This document shows positions 17,672-27,596 of a stretch of DNA of 64,000 bases, one piece after another. The notes under the pieces were generated by a model that did not search any database, was not told where the DNA came from, and was given only the letters and a program-made list of their open reading frames with translations. How positions within the stretch are numbered: position 1 is the stretch's first letter; every line of letters starts with the position of its first letter. The DNA comes from Clostridia bacterium (GTDB taxonomy: Bacteria > Bacillota > Clostridia > Christensenellales > SZUA-584): positions 27,835 through 91,834 of the forward strand of contig QKIQ01000067.1 in assembly GCA_003249555.1 (NCBI GenBank). Reading direction: 5' to 3'. The position numbers were made by a program, and so were the translations under genes.

Positions 17672-19846
17672 ATGACAATGAAAGTCGCGCTGGTGGGCAA
17701 TCCGAACAGCGGAAAAACAACGCTGTTTAATACGCTCACCGGCAGTAAACAATATGTCGGCAACTGGCCGGGCGTCACGGTCGAGAAAAAAGAAGGTCAA
17801 TTCAAAAGCAACAATAGGGAAGCGACTATCGTGGATCTGCCTGGCGTTTACTCGCTTTCGCCTTATTCGCTTGAAGAGGTGATTGCGCGGGATTACATTA
17901 TCAACGAGAAGCCGGATGTGATTATCAATATCGTTGACGCGTCCAATCTGGAGCGCAATCTGTATTTAACCACACAGGTGCTTGAACTGGGCGTGCCCAC
18001 TGTGATCGCGCTCAATATGATGGATGTCGTTGCCCGCCGAGGCGATCGTATCGACATGGCGGCTTTGCAAAAAAGCCTGGGCTGTCCCGTTGTGGCCATC
18101 TCCGCCGTTAAGGAACATGGCGTGGACAAGCTGATTGATATGGCTTTGTTAAGCGCAAAGAAGCCGCTGCCGCGAACGTTCTCTTCGAATACGGAATTGG
18201 TGCTTTCGGGGGTATTGGATGCCGTTAAGGATGAACCTTGGCTGGGCTGCTACGAGCCGCGCTGGTTGTCCGTCAAGCTTTTTGAAGGTGATGAGGATCT
18301 GCTCAAAAGAATTCAGCTTTCCGATGCGATAAAGCGCAAAATTGACGGTATTGTGAAAGCCATGGAAGCCGCGAATGACGACGATGCACAAAGCATTATC
18401 ACGAATGAGCGCTACGACTGTGTGGCGGCGCTGCTCGGTCAAGCATACATAAAGAAAGAGCGGCCAAAGCTGACCGCTTCCGACAAGATTGATAAGGTGC
18501 TCACCAACCGCTGGCTCGCGTTGCCCATATTCTTTTTCATCATGTGGGGCGTTTATTTCGTCTCTATACAGACGGTGGGCGGTTGGACAATCGGCTGGGT
18601 GGAAGAGCTCATAGGATGGGTATCCGGCGGCGTGGGAACGCTGCTTACAAGCTGGGGTGCTTCCGATTGGGTGTTAAGCCTCGTGATAGACGGCATATTC
18701 GGCGGTGTGGGCGCGGTGCTCGTGTTTGTGCCGCAGCTCATGATACTGTACTTGTTTATTTCGATACTTGAAGACTGCGGCTATATGTCGCGCGTCGCGT
18801 TTATTATGGATCGTATTTTTCGCCGGTTCGGGCTGTCGGGCAAGTCGTTTATTCCTATGCTGATTGGTACGGGATGCAGCGTGCCTGCCGTGATGGCGTC
18901 GCGCACCATCGAGAACGAGAGCGACCGCAAAATGACGATTATGCTGACCCCGTTTATTCCCTGCGGCGCAAAGCTTCCGTTGTTTGCGATGTTTGTGGGG
19001 CTTGTGTTTAAGGATGCGTCATGGGTGGGGCCGTCCATGTACCTGGTCGGCATCCTTATGGTTATCCTGTCTGGCCTGATACTCAAAAGAACCAAGCTGT
19101 TTAAGGGAAACACCACGCCGTTTGTGATGGAGCTGCCTGAATACAAAATGCCCCGTCCTAAGGGACTGCTTCTTCACATTTGGGAGAAGGGAAAGTCATT
19201 TGTTATCAAGGCCGGAACGATCATATTTTTAGCTTCGGCGGTGCTCTGGGTGCTCCAGTCGTTCAGCCTATCGTTTGAATATTTGACGCCTGAACAGATC
19301 GATCAAAGCATACTTGCGGGCATTGGGCATATTTTGGCACCTTTGTTCGCACCGCTCGGATTCGGAAACTGGATGTCTGCTGTGGCATCGCTGACGGGGA
19401 TTGTGGCTAAGGAAATCGTGGTATCCACGTTTGCGATTGTCAGCGCCAACACGGTGGTGACGTTTACTGCCGTAACAGCCTATGCGTTTATGATGTTCAC
19501 GTTGCTGGCGGCGCCTTGTATGGCGGCAATCGGGGCCATCAGGCGTGAGATGGGCAGCTGGAAATGGACATTCATCGCCATCGGTTATCAGACAGGTCTT
19601 GCCTATGTGATGGCGATGCTGGTCAACACTGCTGGCGGTTTTCTGTTCCCGAACGCAAAGGCCATTCAGCTTGGCAGCGATGCTGCAACGGCGGGTGAAG
19701 GCGCGCTCGCAAGCGTTAGTCTATTGGACAACCCCATGATATACATACTCGGCGCCGTACTGCTCGCTGTCGCTGTGACAAGTCTTGTCTCTCTGATCAA
19801 GCGGAGCGGCAATAAGCCGCTGCCCGGTTCCGCGACTAAGTTATAG
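17672..19846 (+). CDS. feoB: Ferrous iron transport protein B
   Basis: GNPNSGKT, VGNWPGVTVE, DLPG, NMMD, PFIPCGAK. Confidence 0.96.
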   Translation: MTMKVALVGNPNSGKTTLFNTLTGSKQYVGNWPGVTVEKKEGQFKSNNREATIVDLPGVYSLSPYSLEEVIARDYIINEKPDVIINIVDASNLERNLYLTTQVLELGVPTVIALNMMDVVARRGDRIDMAALQKSLGCPVVAISAVKEHGVDKLIDMALLSAKKPLPRTFSSNTELVLSGVLDAVKDEPWLGCYEPRWLSVKLFEGDEDLLKRIQLSDAIKRKIDGIVKAMEAANDDDAQSIITNERYDCVAALLGQAYIKKERPKLTASDKIDKVLTNRWLALPIFFFIMWGVYFVSIQTVGGWTIGWVEELIGWVSGGVGTLLTSWGASDWVLSLVIDGIFGGVGAVLVFVPQLMILYLFISILEDCGYMSRVAFIMDRIFRRFGLSGKSFIPMLIGTGCSVPAVMASRTIENESDRKMTIMLTPFIPCGAKLPLFAMFVGLVFKDASWVGPSMYLVGILMVILSGLILKRTKLFKGNTTPFVMELPEYKMPRPKGLLLHIWEKGKSFVIKAGTIIFLASAVLWVLQSFSLSFEYLTPEQIDQSILAGIGHILAPLFAPLGFGNWMSAVASLTGIVAKEIVVSTFAIVSANTVVTFTAVTAYAFMMFTLLAAPCMAAIGAIRREMGSWKWTFIAIGYQTGLAYVMAMLVNTAGGFLFPNAKAIQLGSDAATAGEGALASVSLLDNPMIYILGAVLLAVAVTSLVSLIKRSGNKPLPGSATKL

Positions 19847-19857
19847 AGGTGATAATA

Positions 19858-20037
19858 ATGATTGATTATATAATCGTCGGTGTTGTGGCAGCATTGCTTG
19901 TACTCGTGGCAGTGCGCATGGTGAAAAGGCGCAAAGCGGGCAAAGGCTGTGCGGGATGCACAGGTTGCAGCGCGCATCAAACAGATCAAAACATGTGCAG
20001 CGGGTGCAGCAAAAAGCCAACTGAGAAAAACGAATAG
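19858..20037 (+). CDS. FeoB-associated Cys-rich membrane protein
   Basis: N-terminal TM then GCAGCTGC; follows feoB. Confidence 0.82.
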   Translation: MIDYIIVGVVAALLVLVAVRMVKRRKAGKGCAGCTGCSAHQTDQNMCSGCSKKPTEKNE

Positions 20038-20071
20038 CAAGCATCTCCATCCAATTCGGGTGGAGATTTTT

Positions 20072-20758
20072 CTATCTGGCGGACGGTGCTTTGCGGCATG
20101 ACGGACGCAGTACCTCTTTAGAAAAAGGCAGCAGGAATTCCGGTATGCCGCTCGCATACGGCGCAATCTGATACTGCTGATAGTACACGACGAGCCCCTC
20201 GGGGACGAGATAGAAGCTGTTGACGTTGAAATACCGCGCGGCATTCGTTTCATAGTCTTCAAAATACGTGCGGCTATCACTTTCCATCACGGCACTGATT
20301 TGCTCGTTGACCGCGTTGATGACATACGCTTTGTACATCGTGCCGGGTTTGAAAAATCGTGCCATCGAGATTCTGCGGCCACAGCCCAAATCCCATGTAT
20401 CCGAGTTGCGTGTGGTGTTGCCGTGTGCACCGCCGGTAAACTGGTACGCGTCAAAAAATAGGCTCAGCGTGCAGTTATCGTTGTATGTGATCGTGCATCC
20501 AAGGTATGCTTCAAATGGGCGGAACGGGATATCAGGATTTTCCTGCGAGTTGTCAAATTCACGCACGGCCTGATGGTAAAGGCTGTGCCGTAAGCGCTGA
20601 CGGTAAAGGTCCGCTTTGGCGCGGTAAAAACGGTTGATGGTGACGGCTGACGTTCTAAAGACAGCCGAGGATACCTCCGGATATTGTATGGTGTATGAAA
20701 GCACACGCTGACCCCGGTACATCATTTCTTCTTCGATGGCTTTAATGCTGACTTGCAT
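20072..20758 (-). CDS. DUF4163/DUF3298 (RsiV-like) protein
   Basis: YQFTGGAHG, FYL..EGLVVYYQQYQIAPYASGIPEF; no signal peptide; sigma-E-like promoter at 20792-20820. Confidence 0.82.
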   Translation of the reverse strand: MQVSIKAIEEEMMYRGQRVLSYTIQYPEVSSAVFRTSAVTINRFYRAKADLYRQRLRHSLYHQAVREFDNSQENPDIPFRPFEAYLGCTITYNDNCTLSLFFDAYQFTGGAHGNTTRNSDTWDLGCGRRISMARFFKPGTMYKAYVINAVNEQISAVMESDSRTYFEDYETNAARYFNVNSFYLVPEGLVVYYQQYQIAPYASGIPEFLLPFSKEVLRPSCRKAPSAR

Positions 20759-20896
20759 GTCAATTCTCCCTCCAATTTACGTCCAATATGAAGATATTCA
20801 GCAAAGCCTGCTTTCATGACGGCATTCTCACGCCTTTACAACTTCGTTAAAAAGATGTAATTTATAGGTATACATTCGAGTTTCAAAGGAGACGTT

Positions 20897-21949
20897 TTGA
20901 TGAAAAAAGAAGTTTTCGGGGTATGCAAAGACGGACGCACCGCATCGCTTTATACGATTGCCAATAAAAACGGCATGATGGCCAAGATCAGCGATTTCGG
21001 CGGTGTGATCGTTTCACTTTTTGTGCCCGATAAAGACGGTGTGATGACAGACGTGGTGCTGGGGTTCGATACTTTTGCTGAATACCAAGAGAATCCGCCG
21101 TTTTTAGGCGCGGCTATCGGGCGCTGCGGCAACCGTATTGTGCGCGGTATATTCACGCTGGACGATGTCACCTACCGTCTGGCATGCAACAATGGTGTGA
21201 ACCATCTGCATGGCGGCCCCGTAGGCTTTGATAAAAAGCTTTGGAATGCGGTACAGATTGCGGAGAACAGTTTAGCGCTTACGCTATTCAGCCCGGACGG
21301 CGACCAGGGCTACCCAGGCAATCTCGTGGCTTGCGTGACGTATACAATCACAGATGATAACGCGTTGGTGCTTAAATACCGCGGCATGAGCGACAAAAAG
21401 ACGATATTTAACATGACGAATCATTCGTACTTCAACCTTGCGGGGCAGGACAGCGATTCCATATTGGATCAAGAGCTCATGATCAACGCGGATAAAATGG
21501 CGACGGTGGATGAAAACGTGAGCGCCACGGGCGAGATGATCGACGTGACGGACACGCCGTTTGATTTCCGCAGACCTAAGAAGATCGGCGCGGACATGGG
21601 CGCTGATCATTTGCAAATTAAATACGTCGGCGGGTTCGATCACCACTTCGATCTCAATAAGAACGGCGATCCCGCGGCGCAAAGCTACTGCGCTGAGAGT
21701 GGCATTGCCATGGCCATGTATACGGACTGCCCCGGCGTACAGCTTTACACCGGGAACTTTTTGGAAGACGGTATGCCGCTGAAAGGCGGCAAAAAGGCCA
21801 GCAAGCACCGCGCGTTCTGCCTTGAAACGCAGTTTGCCCCGGATGCGGTGAACAGGCCGCAATTTATAAGCCCTGTGATTGATGCGGGGCAGTGCGGCGA
21901 ATACGAAACGCGCTATGTGTTCTCTGTCGGCGCGCCTTGGAAAAAGTAA
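20897..21949 (+). CDS. galM: Aldose 1-epimerase (galactose mutarotase)
   Basis: GRCGNRI, HLHGG, TNHSYFNL, FDH, QLYTG, CLETQ. Confidence 0.93.
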   Translation: MMKKEVFGVCKDGRTASLYTIANKNGMMAKISDFGGVIVSLFVPDKDGVMTDVVLGFDTFAEYQENPPFLGAAIGRCGNRIVRGIFTLDDVTYRLACNNGVNHLHGGPVGFDKKLWNAVQIAENSLALTLFSPDGDQGYPGNLVACVTYTITDDNALVLKYRGMSDKKTIFNMTNHSYFNLAGQDSDSILDQELMINADKMATVDENVSATGEMIDVTDTPFDFRRPKKIGADMGADHLQIKYVGGFDHHFDLNKNGDPAAQSYCAESGIAMAMYTDCPGVQLYTGNFLEDGMPLKGGKKASKHRAFCLETQFAPDAVNRPQFISPVIDAGQCGEYETRYVFSVGAPWKK

Positions 21950-22064
21950 TACAGAAAAGATTCAAAACATCTCGCCGGCTTTGCGCTGACGGGATGTTTT
22001 TTTAATATTATAATCGCTTCTTTATTGGGAGATATTAATACCATCAACACATGGAGGATATGCC

Positions 22065-22877
22065 ATGCATGCGATGTTTAAGGGCACCATCAGCTTCGGA
22101 CTGGTGAGTATTCCCATCAAAATGTTTGCGGCGACGGAGGAGAAAGACATCCGCTTTCGTTCGATACATAAAAAGTGCCATACGCCCATCAAATACAAAA
22201 AGACGTGCCCGCTCTGCAACGAGGAGGTGGAACCCGACGATATCGTCAAGGGCTTTGAATACGAGCCGGGCAAATTCGTGATCGTGTCTGAAGCGGATAT
22301 TGAATCGGCCAAGGCCGAGGTGCAGGCGCGTTCCATTGAGATCGTTGATTTTGTGGCATTAAGCGAGATCGATCCAATCTATTTCGATAAAACATATTAT
22401 CTTGCGCCGCAGCCCGAAATGGGCGACAAAGCGTACAGCTTGCTGCGTGAGGCGATGAACCGATCGGGGCGCATTGCCGTGGCGCGCGTGACGATGCGCG
22501 ATAAGCAGACGCTGTGTGTGCTGCGTGTATACGGCGAGGCGCTTGTACTGGAAACGATTTTTTATCCCGACGAGATTCGTCCTGTGAGCGAAGTGCCGTC
22601 GCTGCCCATAGAAACGAAGATTGACGCCAAGGAGATGGATATCGCCGAAAAACTGATCGGTCATCTTACCACGGCGTTTGATCCGTCCAAGTACACCGAT
22701 GAATACCGCATGGCGCTGCGCGATGTCATCGATGCCAAGATCAAGGGCAAACAGATTGTCACACAGCCAAATGTGCCGGAAACCAACGTGATTGACCTCA
22801 TGGAGGCGCTTAAAAAGAGCGTGGAGCAGACCGAAAAGGCGATGAAAAAGGCGCCGCCCAAACGCCGTGCCAAATAA
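22065..22877 (+). CDS. ku: NHEJ protein Ku
   Basis: KGTISFGLVSIPIK, IDPIYFDKTYYL, YTDEY, NVIDLMEALKKS. Confidence 0.95.
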   Translation: MHAMFKGTISFGLVSIPIKMFAATEEKDIRFRSIHKKCHTPIKYKKTCPLCNEEVEPDDIVKGFEYEPGKFVIVSEADIESAKAEVQARSIEIVDFVALSEIDPIYFDKTYYLAPQPEMGDKAYSLLREAMNRSGRIAVARVTMRDKQTLCVLRVYGEALVLETIFYPDEIRPVSEVPSLPIETKIDAKEMDIAEKLIGHLTTAFDPSKYTDEYRMALRDVIDAKIKGKQIVTQPNVPETNVIDLMEALKKSVEQTEKAMKKAPPKRRAK

Positions 22878-23771
22878 ATGGCTATACAATGCATGGAGCC
22901 CATTGCGTTGACGCGTGTCGCGCAAGGAGACTTTATTCATCAGATCAAGTGGGATGGCATACGCGGCATTTGCATGATGGAAAATGGGGCGGTATCGGTG
23001 TTTTCCAAGAGCGGGCGTAACGCAACGGCGGCCTATTTTGAGCTCTCGGTACTTAAGACTCAGATGGATGCCAAGCAGGCCGTGATGGACGGTGAGCTGG
23101 TGGTGTTTGTGGACGGCAAGCCGTCTTTTTATCACGCGCTTAAGCGCAGCCGTGTTCATGGATCCGCGGTAACTGCGCGGTATGCTGTGAGATACATCGT
23201 GTTTGATTTGCTGATGCTGGACGGTGAAGACTTGCGGAGCAAACCCATTGAGCAACGGCAGGCACGGCTCAAAGAGCGTTTTGAAGGCAGTGCAGTGGCA
23301 GCGCTCGCGGACAGCTTCGACGACGGCAATGCGCTGTTTGCGCTCATGAAACAAAAAAGCATGGAGGGCATCGTTTCTAAACGGCGCGGCAGCCCGTACA
23401 CGGCGGGCAAACGCCATAACGATTGGTTTAAAACAAAAACCGCAAAAAAGATACTTTGCATCGTGAGCGGTGTGCATTTTAATGAAGGGCAGGCGGCGTC
23501 GCTGATGCTGGGCATTTACCGTGACGGTTCACTCGTGCCTGTGGGGCATGTGGGTGCGGGGCTATCGCAGGAAGACCTGCGATGTCTTGGAGAATACGCA
23601 AAGAGAGAAGGCAAAGCCGAGGGCAAGAACGATATTGCTTTAGAACCAAGGCTCACTTGCTGGGTGCGGTTTGCCGAATGGACGCCCGCGCTCACTCTGC
23701 GCCATCCGGTGATGCTGGGCTTTGCGGATAAACCGCCGGAGGACGCCGCGGGAGAGGAGATCAGCTTATGA
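22878..23771 (+). CDS. ligD: ATP-dependent DNA ligase (LigD ligase domain)
   Basis: KWDG, DGE, VFDLL, EGIVSK, WFKTK, LRHP. Confidence 0.9.
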   Translation: MAIQCMEPIALTRVAQGDFIHQIKWDGIRGICMMENGAVSVFSKSGRNATAAYFELSVLKTQMDAKQAVMDGELVVFVDGKPSFYHALKRSRVHGSAVTARYAVRYIVFDLLMLDGEDLRSKPIEQRQARLKERFEGSAVAALADSFDDGNALFALMKQKSMEGIVSKRRGSPYTAGKRHNDWFKTKTAKKILCIVSGVHFNEGQAASLMLGIYRDGSLVPVGHVGAGLSQEDLRCLGEYAKREGKAEGKNDIALEPRLTCWVRFAEWTPALTLRHPVMLGFADKPPEDAAGEEISL

Positions 23772-24649
23772 GCACCATTACTGTGCAAGGCAGCACCGTG
23801 TCTATCACAAATCCTGATAAAGTGTTGTTTCCGGACACCGGCATGACCAAAGCCGGGTATATCGATGTGCTCGCCAAGCTGGCACCGTATCTTCTGCCGC
23901 ATACCACCGGGCAGCCGCTAACCGCGATCCGATATCCACACGGTGTGGGAGATCATGAGTTCTTCTATCAGAAGCGGCCGCCCAAAGGGACACCGGACTG
24001 GGTCAGCATCACCACCGGCGACAACGGCGAAACGTTTATCAACCTCGACAGTATGAAAACGCTGTTGTGGCTGGGCAATTCGGCAGCGCTCGAATTTCAC
24101 GTTCCTTTCTGCAAGCCCGACGGCATGCTGACGGCGCTCGTATTCGACCTTGACCCTTCGGAAGGGCAGACGTTTGAAGACGTTGCAGCGTGCGCATTGT
24201 CTGTCCGCGAGACGTTGACCGAACTCGGCGTGGCGTGTTACGCCAAGACATCCGGCGCATCGGGTTTACAAATCTATATCCCCACGCGGCGTATGATGTT
24301 TGAGGAAGGCCGCAAGATCAATACATTTTTCGGCAAGTATTTTGAAGCCAAGCATCCCGATTCCGTGACCATCGAGCGGCTTGTGAAAAACAGGGGGCGC
24401 AAGCTCTATTTTGATTATCTGCAGATGGGGCATGGCAAAAGTATCATCTGCGTATATTCGCCGCGCGCGGTGCCATGCGGCGCGGTATCGATGCCGGTCA
24501 CATGGGAGGAGCTTGAAAGGGGCGTGAGCCCTTGCGACTTTACGCTAAGCAATGCGGCACAGCGGCTGAAAGAGAAGGGCGACTTGTTTGCGCCCGTGCT
24601 CAACGAGGGTAAATCAAATTCCGCGTTGGAGGAAATTCTGAAAAGATAG
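23768..24649 (+). CDS. LigD polymerase/primase domain protein
   Basis: ITNPDKVLFP, RYPHG, FYQK, FDLDP, KTSG, FDYLQ, YSPR. Confidence 0.9.
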   Translation: MSTITVQGSTVSITNPDKVLFPDTGMTKAGYIDVLAKLAPYLLPHTTGQPLTAIRYPHGVGDHEFFYQKRPPKGTPDWVSITTGDNGETFINLDSMKTLLWLGNSAALEFHVPFCKPDGMLTALVFDLDPSEGQTFEDVAACALSVRETLTELGVACYAKTSGASGLQIYIPTRRMMFEEGRKINTFFGKYFEAKHPDSVTIERLVKNRGRKLYFDYLQMGHGKSIICVYSPRAVPCGAVSMPVTWEELERGVSPCDFTLSNAAQRLKEKGDLFAPVLNEGKSNSALEEILKR

Positions 24650-24716
24650 ATTTTGTTGCCACACTGACATTCATGCTGTAAAATAATACAAAACATATTA
24701 TTAAAGGAATACTGAT

Positions 24717-25964
24717 TTGAAAAAAATACAGAGCAATTATATCAAGATTGCCGTGATCGTGGTTATTGCGGGCGCGATTCTTTACGCGATTATGAGCATT
24801 ATCGACAATATCGGGCTCGTTTACGACAGCGTGGCCGCCGCCGTCAAGTTTGTTCTTCGTGTACTCGCGCCTGTGCTTATTGGCTTTGTGATTGCCTTCC
24901 TTTTAAACCGTCCATCTGATTTCTTTGAGCAACTGCTTGGTAAAATTAAGTATCTGAAAAAAAGAAGAAAAATCGCGCATGTCCTTGGCGTTCTTTTCGC
25001 ATTTTTCCTGTTCATCGGTATCATTGTGGCTTTTTTCTATCTGATGGTGCCGGGCATCATCGAAAGCGTGAGCAGCATTTCCAGAGACATTCCGAGCTAC
25101 GCTGAATCGGTGGATGCCGTGCTGCTTAACTTAAGCGAAAACCCGGATATGGGCAGGGTGTTTGAGTTTGTGGGTATCGATCCGGCCAAGACCAATTCCA
25201 TAAGCGCCATTATTTCGGAGTTCTGGGATGAGATCACGGCGTTTGTTCAAAACATTACAGGATCGGTGTTCGGATTTCTTGTGAATACAGGGTTGTTCAT
25301 TTACAATTTTGTGCTCGGCTTATTCTTCTCAACGTACATGCTGCTCTTCAAACACGAGCTTAAAGGTCAACTGCGGACTTTGTCAAAAAACGTGCTGCGC
25401 AAATCGCATTTTCGGCTCATGTTTGTGGTGGATACCGCCGACGATATGTTCTTCCGCTTTCTTGTGGGAAAAGGCATCTGCTCAATTGCGGTCGGCATTC
25501 TGACTTTTGCGATATGCGCGATACTCGGCTTTAAGTACAGTCCGCTTATCAGCATCATCATCGCCGTGACCAACATGATTCCCACATTCGGGCCGTTCAT
25601 CGGCGCAATTCCCTCTCTGCTGCTATCGCTTATGACCGCGCCTGTTTATGCGCTGTATATGCTGATCATTATTATCGGCCTGCAGATCGTGGACGGCAAC
25701 ATCATTGGGCCGCGGGTGCTCGGCGATTCGATGGGTATCAACGGCTTTTGGATCATGTTTTCTATCATCGTTTTCGGTACGCTTTTCGGCGTGCTTGGTA
25801 TGCTGGTAGCAGCGCCGGTATTCGGCGTGCTGCGCATACTCATAAAAAACTGGATATACAAACGGAACCATGGAACGCTTGAGGGAGAGGCAGAGTTTGC
25901 TGCGAGCATGCAGCGGTTCCGTGAGTGGACAAGCAAAAAGAAAAAGAATAAAGAAGCTGTTTGA
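24717..25964 (+). CDS. AI-2E family transporter
   Basis: NMIPTFGPFIG, QIVDGNIIGPRVLG; multi-TM. Confidence 0.88.
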   Translation: MKKIQSNYIKIAVIVVIAGAILYAIMSIIDNIGLVYDSVAAAVKFVLRVLAPVLIGFVIAFLLNRPSDFFEQLLGKIKYLKKRRKIAHVLGVLFAFFLFIGIIVAFFYLMVPGIIESVSSISRDIPSYAESVDAVLLNLSENPDMGRVFEFVGIDPAKTNSISAIISEFWDEITAFVQNITGSVFGFLVNTGLFIYNFVLGLFFSTYMLLFKHELKGQLRTLSKNVLRKSHFRLMFVVDTADDMFFRFLVGKGICSIAVGILTFAICAILGFKYSPLISIIIAVTNMIPTFGPFIGAIPSLLLSLMTAPVYALYMLIIIIGLQIVDGNIIGPRVLGDSMGINGFWIMFSIIVFGTLFGVLGMLVAAPVFGVLRILIKNWIYKRNHGTLEGEAEFAASMQRFREWTSKKKKNKEAV

Positions 25965-25987
25965 AATGTACCCATCGCAACACGCTG

Positions 25988-26656
25988 CTATTTACAGAAC
26001 GTGTGCTGCCCGATATACGTGATGACCGGTCTTGACAGCATCCACTTGTTCGTTGTCTTCTTAGGATTATAATAGAATAAAGCGCCGCCGGATGGATCCC
26101 AGCCGTTTACTGCGTCTCTTGCGGCCTGAAGAGCACTGTCGTCAGGTGTCAGATTAATTTGTCCGTCGGCCACAATCGAAAACGCATCCGGCTGATAAAC
26201 AACACCCGAGACTGTATTGGGAAATAGCGCACTGCCCACCCGGTTGAGCACAACAGCCGCCACAGCGACCTTGCCTTTATAAGGCTCTCCTCTCGCTTCT
26301 CCGTAAACAACGCGCGCAAGCAGATACACATCATTTGAATCGGGCTTGCTTGTGGGCAATGCAATGCCTAGCTTTTCGGCGGTTTGCGCCCCGACAATTC
26401 CGTCCACTTTGATTTTATTCTTTTGCTGAAACCACACCACCGCCGCTTTTGTTATGGGACCGTATATGCCGTCTGCCACCCCATCCTTTAAATATCCCCA
26501 GGCAATGAGCCGTCTTTGTATCTCTTTGACCTGTTCGCCTCTTGAGCCAACTTTGTAAGACACGGCTGGAACAGACTGACAGCCAAATGTAAAGATCAAA
26601 GTCAAGACAAGTATCAAAAGCACAAATCTTTTAAAATGAAGACGCATCGAACACAT
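25988..26656 (-). CDS. sleB: Spore cortex-lytic enzyme
   Basis: PG-binding DGIYG/DGIVG, GEARGEPY, VAVAAVVLNRV, YYNP. Confidence 0.92.
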   Translation of the reverse strand: MCSMRLHFKRFVLLILVLTLIFTFGCQSVPAVSYKVGSRGEQVKEIQRRLIAWGYLKDGVADGIYGPITKAAVVWFQQKNKIKVDGIVGAQTAEKLGIALPTSKPDSNDVYLLARVVYGEARGEPYKGKVAVAAVVLNRVGSALFPNTVSGVVYQPDAFSIVADGQINLTPDDSALQAARDAVNGWDPSGGALFYYNPKKTTNKWMLSRPVITYIGQHTFCK

Positions 26657-26685
26657 TAAACCTCCGTGTTGGGACAGCTTTTATT

Positions 26686-26715
26686 TAGTCATGTCCAAAG
26701 CCACGATTCGTATTC
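26686..26715 (-). promoter_or_regulatory. Putative sigma-G promoter of sleB
   Basis: Minus strand GAATA-17bp-CATGACTA. Confidence 0.55.
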
Positions 26716-26823
26716 CCTGATACGTTAGCCATACAAAGGATTTTACCGCATTGTAAAGCGCGCGATTCAGATTGAAAAGAAATTGCAAGTTCTATGAAAA
26801 TGTAGTAGGATTGACGCATACAC

Positions 26824-26950
26824 TTGCGTGGGGAGTCGTTTATGCGGCATATGGCACCGTGCGACAAATCGACTTTTCGGTCAAGACGATGTTTAGGGTG
26901 ACGATTGCCTGGTAAATAAGACTCATGGGTAGCTTGCCTATGGGTTTATT
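26824..26950 (+). ncRNA. yybP-ykoY (Mn2+) riboswitch with terminator
   Basis: GGGGAGT..GTCAAGAC..GCCTGG..AAGAC conserved elements; hairpin ACTCATGGG/CCTATGGGT+T tract; upstream of mntP. Confidence 0.78.
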
Positions 26951-26973
26951 CATTTGGTTTCAAGGGGATAAGG

Positions 26974-27537
26974 ATGCATTATTTTGAGCTGCTGATCATA
27001 GCTGTGGGACTCTCGATGGATGCGTTTGCTGTGGCTGTCTGCAAGGGGCTTGCGCAAAAGCAGCACAGCATTAGAAATTCGATTATCACGGGCGTTTATT
27101 TCGGCGGTTTCCAGGCGCTGATGCCTTTGCTTGGCTATCTTTTGGGTACGCAGTTTGCTGATTCCATCACGGCGGTAGACCACTGGATCGCTTTGGCGCT
27201 GCTCAGCATTATTGGTATCAATATGATTCGCGAATCACGCTCATGCGATGTAAAAACAAGCAACTCGTTCGGTTTTAAGAAGATGGTGGTGCTTTCTCTC
27301 GCAACCAGCATTGACGCGCTGGCCATCGGCATTACTTTCGCGTTTTTAAAAGTCAGCATCGTGCCGGCTGTGCTCGCCATTGGCGTCATTACGTTTGTGA
27401 TTTCGTTCGTGGGTGTGAAGCTGGGCAGCGTGTTTGGCAGCCGGTTTAAGTCTAGAGCGGAAGTCACCGGCGGTGTGATTCTCATTCTTATGGGGCTCAA
27501 AATATTGCTGGAGCATCTTGGCGTTATTAGTTTTTAG
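26974..27537 (+). CDS. mntP: Manganese efflux pump
   Basis: [25 protein letters not shown]. Confidence 0.93.
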   Translation: MHYFELLIIAVGLSMDAFAVAVCKGLAQKQHSIRNSIITGVYFGGFQALMPLLGYLLGTQFADSITAVDHWIALALLSIIGINMIRESRSCDVKTSNSFGFKKMVVLSLATSIDALAIGITFAFLKVSIVPAVLAIGVITFVISFVGVKLGSVFGSRFKSRAEVTGGVILILMGLKILLEHLGVISF

Positions 27538-27596
27538 AAGGTATACCGAACATACAAGAAACGCCGCGAATATCGCGGCGCCTCTTGCCTATCTCC

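Noticed and set aside
24241-24275. His-to-Gln change in LigD polymerase motif (KTSGASGLQI)
   Set aside because: As I recall, common in Firmicute LigD polymerases; not evidence of inactivation.
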